From NCBI GenBank assembly GCA_964247135.1, contig CAXTTL010000066.1:1-20626 (forward strand): a stretch of 20,626 bases of DNA, read 5' to 3'. The notes below the pieces were generated by a model, which saw nothing but the letters and a program-made list of their open reading frames with translations, was not told where the DNA came from and searched no databases. Positions 8,963-15,687 of this stretch are shown here, piece after piece. Position 1 is the first letter of the stretch. Every line of letters starts with the position of its first letter. The stretch comes from an uncultured Deinococcales bacterium. Lineage in GTDB: Bacteria; Deinococcota; Deinococci; Deinococcales; JAAFIG01. Made by a program: the position numbers and the translations under genes.

Positions 8963-10798
8963 TTACTTCATTGGAATGGTTTCTTTCGCGCCGCGTTGTT
9001 TCCAGCCGACCAACCAACCCAGGGTGCTGGGGTAACGGGTGTTGGCGTTCCAGGTGTAGTTGGTTAAGCCATTGCGAGCGGTGTAAAGGTCGGTGCGTTC
9101 GTACAACGGAATGGCGGGCAGTTCGCGGTTCCAGATGACTTGGGCTTTGGCGAGGATCGCTTTGCGGGCGTCCACGTCGAATTCACGACGGGCTTTGTCC
9201 CAGAGCGAATCGTATTCGGCGTTGCACCAGCCGCCAATGTTTTGCCCAGCAAAGCCGTTGTCGGCGGTTGGCACGTTGTCTTTGATGGTCTTCGAGCTTG
9301 GGTCGTCGCAGTAGTACAAGCCCAGGTCTTCGGTCAGCGGTTGTTGAACGTAAGCGAATTGGAACAGACCCTTCCACTTGCCGTTGCTGGCTTGGGCAAT
9401 GAACGCGTCGTCAAAGACCACGCTCGAGGGGGCGTTGTTGAATTTCACATCGATGCCGATTTTCTTGAGGTTGTCTTTGTAAAATTGTTGATCGCGCTCG
9501 CGCACTGCGTTGCCGGCGGTGGTCACATACTCGAGCACGAACTTGACGGTTTTGCCGTCCACGGTGCGCTCCATGATGCCGTCCGAACCTGGTTTCCAGC
9601 CCATCGCCGCCAAGAGTTGCTTGGATTTCTCTGGGTTGTAATCGTAAGTGTTGATGCCTTGGGTGGTGAAGACGTTCGAGAGACTGTTGACCACGTTGTT
9701 TGAAACTTTTGCCGTGCCGCCGCGCAAGTCCCTGGTCACGGTTTCGCGGTCGATGCCGTAGACCAGCGCTTGACGGGTGCGCACGTCGTTCAAGCCGAGG
9801 TCTTTGACCTCTTGGACTTTGTCAAACTGGTTGACATCCCAGTGTTCCCAGAGTGCGGTTTTTGGCGTGAACACGGTGTACAGACCTTTGGCAGCATCTT
9901 TGAGAGTCTTGATCGTGGTCGCTGAGGCGACCAGACCGACGCTCGAGGTGGCGTCAACTTGCCCCGCCAGCACGTTGACTTGCAGCGTATCGGTCTTTTG
10001 GAAGAATTTGTAAATCAATCGGTCAACCATTTGCGGGTTGTTGCGCCAGTAATTGCTGTTGCGCACCAGCGTCCAGCTTTGATCGCGTTGCCATTTTTGG
10101 AATTTAAACGGTCCAGAGGTCACCACCGGTCCTTGCTTGCTGGTGGCGATGGCGGCGCCCAAGAAATCTTTTTGAATGATCTCGAGTTGCTGCTCTTTGG
10201 ACTTGCCTTGGGCTGCGGCGGTGGCTTTGTCCCAGAGTGGTTTCCAGATGTGTGCCGGTGGAATAAAATTTGCCACAAAGCTTGGCGCGGCGGTGGCGAA
10301 CAGGTACGGCGGGTCGTAGGTCACCTCGAAAGTGTTGTCGTCAATGACCTTCATGGTTTTGGGATAATTGTCACGGGTGGAGACGGGCAGGCGCTCATCT
10401 CCGAAAACGTCGTAAGCGAATTTCATGTCGGCGGTGGTGATCGGACGACCGTCGGACCATTTTGCGCCGGCACGGATGTTCCAACGGATGGTTTGGGCGG
10501 TCACGTCTCCGGCAGCATTTTTGGTCAGTTTGACGCCACCGTTTTTCTCGGTGGGGACCTCACTTGCCAAGTCGGGTTGCAAGGTGCCGTTTTGGTCGAA
10601 GTAGGTCAAACCAGCGTACAGCCAGCCGAGCACTTCAGCCGAAATCGCTTGGTTGTTGACGAAAGGCTCGAGCGCCGAGGGTTGTTGGGTTGTTCCGAGA
10701 ATCAATGAATTGTCTGACGCGCCAGCCAATGCCGATGGACCGAGTGCCATTGTGCCGAGCGCCATGACACCAAATGCTGTAAGCCATTTTTTGTTCAT
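8963..10798 (-). CDS. Peptide ABC transporter substrate-binding protein (OppA/DppA, family 5)
   Basis: Signal peptide (no lipobox), LQPDLA.EVPT, AKWSDGRPIT..D, TSGPFK, DVRTRQAL..GIDR, YNPEKSKQLL, ELPAIPLY; AAGGAGG RBS. Confidence 0.95.
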   Translation of the reverse strand: MNKKWLTAFGVMALGTMALGPSALAGASDNSLILGTTQQPSALEPFVNNQAISAEVLGWLYAGLTYFDQNGTLQPDLASEVPTEKNGGVKLTKNAAGDVTAQTIRWNIRAGAKWSDGRPITTADMKFAYDVFGDERLPVSTRDNYPKTMKVIDDNTFEVTYDPPYLFATAAPSFVANFIPPAHIWKPLWDKATAAAQGKSKEQQLEIIQKDFLGAAIATSKQGPVVTSGPFKFQKWQRDQSWTLVRNSNYWRNNPQMVDRLIYKFFQKTDTLQVNVLAGQVDATSSVGLVASATTIKTLKDAAKGLYTVFTPKTALWEHWDVNQFDKVQEVKDLGLNDVRTRQALVYGIDRETVTRDLRGGTAKVSNNVVNSLSNVFTTQGINTYDYNPEKSKQLLAAMGWKPGSDGIMERTVDGKTVKFVLEYVTTAGNAVRERDQQFYKDNLKKIGIDVKFNNAPSSVVFDDAFIAQASNGKWKGLFQFAYVQQPLTEDLGLYYCDDPSSKTIKDNVPTADNGFAGQNIGGWCNAEYDSLWDKARREFDVDARKAILAKAQVIWNRELPAIPLYERTDLYTARNGLTNYTWNANTRYPSTLGWLVGWKQRGAKETIPMK

Positions 10799-10868
10799 AC
10801 GTCCTCCTTGAAAAATAAATCGCCGCCAGTTACGGAATCTGAACTGAGTCCAACGGGCGTGATGAGCA

Positions 10869-10898
10869 AGGATATGTTGGAGGGAACACTTATGTCAA
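10869..10898 (-). promoter_or_regulatory. Sigma70-type promoter of the opp operon
   Basis: Minus strand TTGACA (10898-10893), 18-nt spacer, TATCCT (10874-10869), about 70 nt upstream of the oppA ATG. Confidence 0.65.
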
Positions 10899-10975
10899 CG
10901 AAAACGTTTGCAGCCACCTTCATTGTTGCGCCACGGTGACAAAATCGTGTCAGTACTGCTCGAGTTGAAGGTATA

Positions 10976-11005
10976 AAACAAAAACGGGTGCTCGAGAAAG
11001 CACCC
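10976..11005 (-). terminator. Intrinsic terminator of the IscA/HesB gene
   Basis: GGGTGCT (10986-10992) / AGCACCC (10999-11005), followed on minus by GTTTTTGTTTT. Confidence 0.7.
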
Positions 11006-11027
11006 AATTATCAACTCAAAACCAACT

Positions 11028-11435
11028 TTAATGGCAGGCGCTTGCGCCCTCACCTTCGGGGGCAACTGCGCCGTCGGTTCGGAAGCTGTGCCCGCAACCA
11101 CAATTGCTGGTCGCGTTCGGGTTCTCGACCACGCTAAAGCCGCCGCCCATCATCGTCTCGAGATAATCGACCAATGCTCCCTGAACGAACGGCAAGCTGG
11201 CGCGGTCCACGACCAGGCGCACGCCGTTGGATTCAAACATCGAATCTCCCTCGAGCGTGCGGTCATCGATTGCCATGCCGTAACTGTAACCACTGCACCC
11301 GCCAGATTTCACAAAAACCCGAACGGCAGCGTGTTCTTTGCCGTTTTTGCTCATGATCTCGAGGGCTTTTTGAGCACCCGTGTCGGTGATGCGAATATCG
11401 TTACCCACTTTTGGTTGTTCCATGACTGCGCTCAT
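11028..11435 (-). CDS. Iron-sulfur cluster assembly accessory protein (HesB/IscA/SufA family)
   Basis: GGCSGYSY and [13 protein letters not shown] motifs. Confidence 0.95.
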   Translation of the reverse strand: MSAVMEQPKVGNDIRITDTGAQKALEIMSKNGKEHAAVRVFVKSGGCSGYSYGMAIDDRTLEGDSMFESNGVRLVVDRASLPFVQGALVDYLETMMGGGFSVVENPNATSNCGCGHSFRTDGAVAPEGEGASACH

Positions 11436-11441
11436 GGCGTC

Positions 11442-11450
11442 AATCTAGCA
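11442..11450 (-). promoter_or_regulatory. Extended -10 (TGcTAGATT) leaderless promoter for the IscA/HesB gene
   Basis: Minus strand TGC-TAGATT-gacgcc-ATG (6-nt gap); no SD sequence. Confidence 0.7.
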
Positions 11451-11494
11451 CTTTTAAGCCAGCTCAAAGGTGCAATAGAATACCTCCCTCGAGC

Positions 11495-11523
11495 TTGAAA
11501 TACCCGCTCAAATGCCTTAAAGT
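11495..11523 (+). promoter_or_regulatory. Promoter of tRNA-Arg
   Basis: TTGAAA (11495-11500), 17-nt spacer, TAAAGT (11518-11523), 10 nt before the tRNA. Confidence 0.6.
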
Positions 11524-11533
11524 CAAACCCTGT

Positions 11534-11610
11534 GCGCCCATAGCTCAGCCGGATAGAGCATCAAGCTTCTAACTTGACGGTCGCAGGTTCGAGTCCTGCT
11601 GGGCGCACCA
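11534..11610 (+). tRNA. tRNA-Arg, anticodon TCT
   Basis: Acceptor stem GCGCCCA/TGGGCGC, D arm GCTC..GGATA..GAGC, anticodon arm TCAAG-CTTCTAA-CTTGA, T arm GCAGG-TTCGAGT-CCTGC, encoded CCA; 77 nt. Confidence 0.97.
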
Positions 11611-11616
11611 CATTCG

Positions 11617-11643
11617 CCTCGAGACAGCATCTCGAGGTTTTTT
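11617..11643 (+). terminator. Intrinsic terminator of tRNA-Arg
   Basis: CCTCGAGA-cagca-TCTCGAGG followed by TTTTTT. Confidence 0.8.
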
Positions 11644-11673
11644 CATGTATTCTCGAGGCTCGGAGGGTACAAC

Positions 11674-12402
11674 ATGGCGGTTTCTCGAGACACAGCAGTT
11701 TTAATGCTTCACGGTTTTACGGCGCAACCCAAAACCGTGGATTTTATTGAACGGTATTTTCAGCGCGAGGGTTACGGGTACGAGATTCCTGTGCTGCGCG
11801 GTCACGCCACCAAACGCGAGGATTTGGTTGGCGTGAAGTGGCAAGATTGGGTGGAAGATGCCCTCAGTGCATACTCGAGACTCAAAGAAAAAAAGGGAAA
11901 GGTGGCAGTGGTGGGGCATTCTATGGGAGCGGTGGCAACCATTCAACTTGCCGCCCAAAAACCTGATGTCGCAGCCGTTGTTCTGGTTGCGCCCGCCTTA
12001 AAATTTTCAAACCCAATGGCGGGAATCGCGCCGCTTTTAAAAAACCTTGTCAAATGGAATCCTGGCAGCGGCTCGAGCGTGCTGGACCCAGCCTTGCGTG
12101 AAGAATCAGATCGGTTGGCAGTCACCTACAAGGGTTTCCCGACCGCCGCCTTTGCCGAATTGTACGCGATGGCAAAACTCACGATTCCAAAACTCGAGTT
12201 GATCAAATGCCCTGCGCTGGTGATTCATTCGCTCAAAGACCAGGTGATCCCCCCTGCGGCGGCTGAACTGGCGCTCGAGAAACTGGGAAGCGTTGATAAG
12301 AACATCAAATGGTTTCAGAATTCTGGGCATGAAATGTTCTGGGACATGGAACGCGAAGCCCTGTGCGAGGCGATTGTTGGGTTTTTGAACGAGAAAACCT
12401 GA
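11674..12402 (+). CDS. Alpha/beta-hydrolase, carboxylesterase/monoacylglycerol lipase-like
   Basis: LHGFT oxyanion motif, GHSMG nucleophile elbow, D in KDQVIP, H in SGHE; GGAGGG RBS. Confidence 0.92.
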   Translation: MAVSRDTAVLMLHGFTAQPKTVDFIERYFQREGYGYEIPVLRGHATKREDLVGVKWQDWVEDALSAYSRLKEKKGKVAVVGHSMGAVATIQLAAQKPDVAAVVLVAPALKFSNPMAGIAPLLKNLVKWNPGSGSSVLDPALREESDRLAVTYKGFPTAAFAELYAMAKLTIPKLELIKCPALVIHSLKDQVIPPAAAELALEKLGSVDKNIKWFQNSGHEMFWDMEREALCEAIVGFLNEKT

Positions 12403-12404
12403 TT

Positions 12405-12848
12405 TTAAGGATAACTTAATTTTGTTGTGATCGTCTCACCCAAACCATCTTTTGGTGTCAGAGTGATGCTGACCGAGTAATCGAGCGCCGCCGCGTGACG
12501 CACCAGCGTTTGCAACTCGAGTTTGGTCTCCGCATTTTCAATTTGTTGCGCTCTCGGCAGGCTGATACCTTCTTTGGCAGCAACTTCTTTGAGCGTGATT
12601 TTGCGGTTTGCTCGCGCTCGAGACAAGGCTTTTTTCAGGTTTTCCTCGAGCAATATTTTTTCAAAATCGGCTTTAAAGTTGTCCGAATTTGCAGCGACAA
12701 TCAATCTTTTGGGTGGATTTCCACCCGTCAGAATTCCTGTTTCGATTTCTTCGTCGGTAAACCCCGAGAGCATTTTGAACATTTCTTGGGCTTGTACATC
12801 ATCAAAATTAAATTGGGTTTTTATTTCGCTCACAGTTGCTCTAGGCAT
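12405..12848 (-). CDS. XRE-family HTH protein, probable antitoxin
   Basis: Start ATG 12848 with AAGGA RBS, overlapping the toxin stop. C-terminal HTH LSRARANRKITLKEVAAKEGISLPRAQQIE...LQTLVRHAAALDY. Confidence 0.8.
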   Translation of the reverse strand: MPRATVSEIKTQFNFDDVQAQEMFKMLSGFTDEEIETGILTGGNPPKRLIVAANSDNFKADFEKILLEENLKKALSRARANRKITLKEVAAKEGISLPRAQQIENAETKLELQTLVRHAAALDYSVSITLTPKDGLGETITTKLSYP

Positions 12849-13233
12849 TTTCGTTCCTTTCAATCACTGGAATTCGATTCAAGTATGCTTGCAATACGAT
12901 GATGGCTTCAAACAACTTTTGCGGGTTTGGAACGTTACCAGTTTTGTATTCTGCGTTCACCACGACCAGTTCCTCGTCAACCACAAAAAAATAAACTCTT
13001 GCCCCGCCTTTTAAACCACCTCGAGAGCGTGTTTTGAGTTCCCACAGTGGAGTGTTTCTCAGTTTTTGAGCGAACCTCGAGTTTGTTCCAAAAACATGAA
13101 AATCGGTGAGCATTTCCACAATGGCGTCTACAGCTTCTTGGCGCCCAGCGAATGCCATCTCGAGCAAATTTTCGACCAGAATCGTGTGTTCGGATTTGAG
13201 ATGATTTGGATGTCGAGCTTGTAAGAAAGGCAT
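12841..13233 (-). CDS. RelE/ParE-superfamily (HigB / phage Gp49-like) toxin
   Basis: KL..TPLWELKTR...GARVYFF pattern; lies directly upstream of and overlaps an XRE HTH gene. Confidence 0.7.
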   Translation of the reverse strand: MPFLQARHPNHLKSEHTILVENLLEMAFAGRQEAVDAIVEMLTDFHVFGTNSRFAQKLRNTPLWELKTRSRGGLKGGARVYFFVVDEELVVVNAEYKTGNVPNPQKLFEAIIVLQAYLNRIPVIERNENA

Positions 13234-13306
13234 CGAGGGTTAAGTTTATCAAAAACCAACAATAAAGTCTAGGCTATAATTTAGAAATAATCGTCCAACA
13301 TCCTGT

Positions 13307-13340
13307 AAAACCCGAGCTTGACATTTCAAGCTCGGGTTTT
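13307..13340. terminator. Bidirectional intrinsic terminator downstream of the ApbE cluster
   Basis: AAAACCCGAGCTTGA (13307-13321) / TCAAGCTCGGGTTTT (13326-13340), perfect 15-bp stem with a 4-nt loop. Confidence 0.8.
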
Positions 13341-13409
13341 TTATTTTGATGTCTATTTTTTAGAAAATACATCTCCGAAACGTCAATTACAGTTTTGAGA
13401 ATCACCAAA

Positions 13410-14060
13410 TCAGTTGCGCTGTTCTGAAGTTGCAGTCTTGGTCCGAACTTCGTTTATTCGAAGCCCGAATGTCAGTAACACTGCTGCACCAGCCGTCCAG
13501 TACAACACGACAAGCGAATCGCTGCCTGCAAAAAGACCGTGAATTGTGGCAAAAATAAATGCGGGGTACGACAGTAAGTGCAACACCCTCCAAGCTCGAG
13601 CCGAAAGTCGATTCTTGAAGACGGTCGAGACGTACACGGTCAAGAGGGCGTATACCGTCAAGGTTCCCAGTCCGATCTCGAGGGGTTTGAAACTCGAGGC
13701 AAAGGGCAGCAGCACACCAACGAGCGGTTGACGGTATTGCGCGTCCACCATCAGGAACAACCCGTGAATCATGCTGACCGCCAGGGCAAAACCAGACAGC
13801 AAACCGTGCCAACCGTACTGCGAGGCGCGGTTTAACCAGGCGGGAGCGTATTTGCTCGAGAGCAGCGCCCCAAGACTGGTGCTGATGGCAAGCGCCACAT
13901 AAGCAAGTGTTCCGCTCGAGCGCAAGATCAACCAGGCAAGTGGACCTCCTGGCAGTTTGAGCAAGGATGCCAACCACGCCAGGATCAGGGTGGCAAGAAT
14001 CAGCGCTGTCAGCACTTCGTTAAAGGTTTCAGATTTTTGAGTGGCTGGTTTGGGTGTCAT
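13410..14060 (-). CDS. Ferric-reductase-like / MsrQ-like di-heme membrane protein
   Basis: About 6-7 hydrophobic segments; RSSG..AY; four His (WHGLLS, IHGLFL, WRVLHLLSY, IHGL); no FAD/NAD domain; GGGAG RBS. Confidence 0.85.
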   Translation of the reverse strand: MTPKPATQKSETFNEVLTALILATLILAWLASLLKLPGGPLAWLILRSSGTLAYVALAISTSLGALLSSKYAPAWLNRASQYGWHGLLSGFALAVSMIHGLFLMVDAQYRQPLVGVLLPFASSFKPLEIGLGTLTVYALLTVYVSTVFKNRLSARAWRVLHLLSYPAFIFATIHGLFAGSDSLVVLYWTAGAAVLLTFGLRINEVRTKTATSEQRN

Positions 14061-14072
14061 GAATTTGCTCCC

Positions 14073-14903
14073 TTACGTTGTGAAACTCGAGTTTGACCAC
14101 TCACTGAGGTTGTTATCGGCATCGAACGCCAAGAGTGCCTGAATTTCAGGCTCGAAGGGGCGCAATTGCTGCGACCCGAAAAAGGCGAGTTTGGACAAGA
14201 CTTCGGCGGTGGTCGCACGGCTCGAGACGGCTGTCACTTGGATAAAATTTGACTCGAGCGGTGTACCAGTGCGCGGGTCAATCAGATGATGCCCGCCCTG
14301 CCAAGCGCGGCGCTGGGTGCTCGAGGTGCAGATTCCCCACGTTCCTGCGGGCAGTTCAATGCCGAGTGGTTGATCGTTTGGTGTTTGAGCGTTGACAGCA
14401 AAGGGTTTGGATTGCCTGGCAAAAACATCGCCACCAAAGTCCAGCACAAAATCACCCTCGAGCTTTGCGCCGACCCACTCGGCAATCCAAGTTTTGGCAG
14501 TGCCCCCCAGGTCAATTTGAGTATCTTTTGGCAAGGTAATTCTGTCTTTGCTGACCCGAATACAATACCAAGTTGGGACACTCGAGACTGGGCAATTTGA
14601 CACCTTGAATGACTCGCGCTCGCTCCAAGATCGGCTGTAACCGGCGTGCTCGAGGGCTTTCGAAACCGTTGGTGTAATCAAGCCATTTGTTCGGGCAGCA
14701 ACTTCAAGCGCGTGGCCCAAAGCTTGAACCAGTTCAATCGGTGGATTCTCGAGCACATGATCGCGGTTGAGTTGCGTTAACGGCGAGTCCTGAAAGCGGG
14801 TCAGCAGACGCTCGAGCCGCAGCACTTCCTCGAACGCCCAAGTTGCATCGTTTGCCGTGATGTTGACGGTCGTGCCAAGGGCGTACTCGAGCATCGTCTC
14901 CAT
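14073..14903 (-). CDS. apbE: FAD:protein FMN transferase (ApbE family)
   Basis: ALGT start motif, S.LTQLN, DLGGTAK, GGD, TSS, HHLIDPRTG, AEVLSK. No N-terminal signal or lipobox. Confidence 0.9.
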   Translation of the reverse strand: METMLEYALGTTVNITANDATWAFEEVLRLERLLTRFQDSPLTQLNRDHVLENPPIELVQALGHALEVAARTNGLITPTVSKALEHAGYSRSWSERESFKVSNCPVSSVPTWYCIRVSKDRITLPKDTQIDLGGTAKTWIAEWVGAKLEGDFVLDFGGDVFARQSKPFAVNAQTPNDQPLGIELPAGTWGICTSSTQRRAWQGGHHLIDPRTGTPLESNFIQVTAVSSRATTAEVLSKLAFFGSQQLRPFEPEIQALLAFDADNNLSEWSNSSFTT

Positions 14904-14906
14904 GAT

Positions 14907-15254
14907 TTAGCTCGCTCTGGTTGTGGCAACTGGGGCTTGGACGTAACGCCGCACGATACGCACCACAGGTTTTTGAATGGTTTGAGTTGGAACGCTCGAG
15001 ACGACAGCTTGTACCGGCTTTGATACCGTTGTGACAACAGGTGTGGCAACTTTGGTGACAGTCGTTGCCGTAACTGGCTTTGAGACTGTTGCCACCGCAG
15101 GCGTGTTGACGGTGGTCGTAACTGCTGTTGCTGTCACGGCTTTGGGCGCAAATCCTCGAGCGGTGACGCCGAGGGTTGTGCCGAGCGCAATCAGCAAGGT
15201 CAAACTCAGGGCGAACGAGCCATCGAACTTCTTGCGGGGCTTACTGGGAATCAT
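14907..15254 (-). CDS. Membrane-anchored Thr/Val/Pro-rich protein ending in TTRAS (candidate flavinylation substrate)
   Basis: Start ATG 15254 with AAGGTGA RBS. Basic N-terminus, one hydrophobic helix, low-complexity linker (VSKPV repeated). Stop lies 3 nt before the apbE start. Confidence 0.7.
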   Translation of the reverse strand: MIPSKPRKKFDGSFALSLTLLIALGTTLGVTARGFAPKAVTATAVTTTVNTPAVATVSKPVTATTVTKVATPVVTTVSKPVQAVVSSVPTQTIQKPVVRIVRRYVQAPVATTRAS

Positions 15255-15525
15255 TGCTATCACCTTTGCGATCTTCGTTTGTTTGCTGTTCTTGATCTGT
15301 GTTTTGGCTGGGTGCTGGGACATCCACATATTGAATTTCTGGTTGTGTTTGAGCAACATTGGCAACAGGTGCGTTGTCAAAGGTGGTGGATGCAGACGAC
15401 ACTGCAATTTGAGTTTGAACAGGTGCGGAGACCACTGTGCTGGGTGACGGCGCAAATACGGCATAGGCAAAAGTTGTGGCGCTCACGGTCGCAATGGTCA
15501 TGATGGCAATTCGGATTGGGTTCAT
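15241..15525 (-). CDS. Small exported/membrane-anchored low-complexity protein, first gene of the ApbE cluster
   Basis: AGGAGG RBS; hydrophobic N-terminus, S/T/P/V linker, acidic tail; overlaps the next gene by 14 nt. Confidence 0.65.
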   Translation of the reverse strand: MNPIRIAIMTIATVSATTFAYAVFAPSPSTVVSAPVQTQIAVSSASTTFDNAPVANVAQTQPEIQYVDVPAPSQNTDQEQQTNEDRKGDSNDSQ

Positions 15526-15557
15526 GGTTTCCTCCTGAGACGCAGTGTCTCATGGCG

Positions 15558-15596
15558 CGGTTTCTGCACGGTAACAACTCGGTTAAGTTTTGGTTA
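15558..15596 (-). promoter_or_regulatory. Four 11-bp-phased direct repeats (putative OmpR/PhoB-type boxes) upstream of the ApbE cluster
   Basis: Plus strand CGGTTT (15558), CGGTAA (15569), CGGTTA (15580), TGGTTA (15591). Confidence 0.5.
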
Positions 15597-15629
15597 CGGC
15601 ATCAAAACCCGAGAACATGACGAACATCC

Positions 15630-15665
15630 AAAGAAAAAGTGCCGCCAAATTCTATGGCGGCACTT
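15630..15665 (-). terminator. Intrinsic terminator of rny
   Basis: AAGTGCCGCCA (15637-15647) / TGGCGGCACTT (15655-15665), followed on minus by TTTCTTT. Confidence 0.8.
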
Positions 15666-15687
15666 GAAGTTCAAAACTCGAGAAGCT

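Noticed and set aside
10890-10906. DdrO-binding RDRM palindrome (starts TTATGTC)
   Set aside because: The right half does not match the palindrome; better explained as the -35 box of the opp promoter.
11534-13340. Integrative element at tRNA-Arg
   Set aside because: No integrase, and I found no duplicated tRNA 3' end in the window.
15255-15470. N-terminal extension of the 187-aa ORF 14907-15470
   Set aside because: Overlaps the 94-aa gene that has a strong RBS; a good RBS supports ATG 15254 instead.
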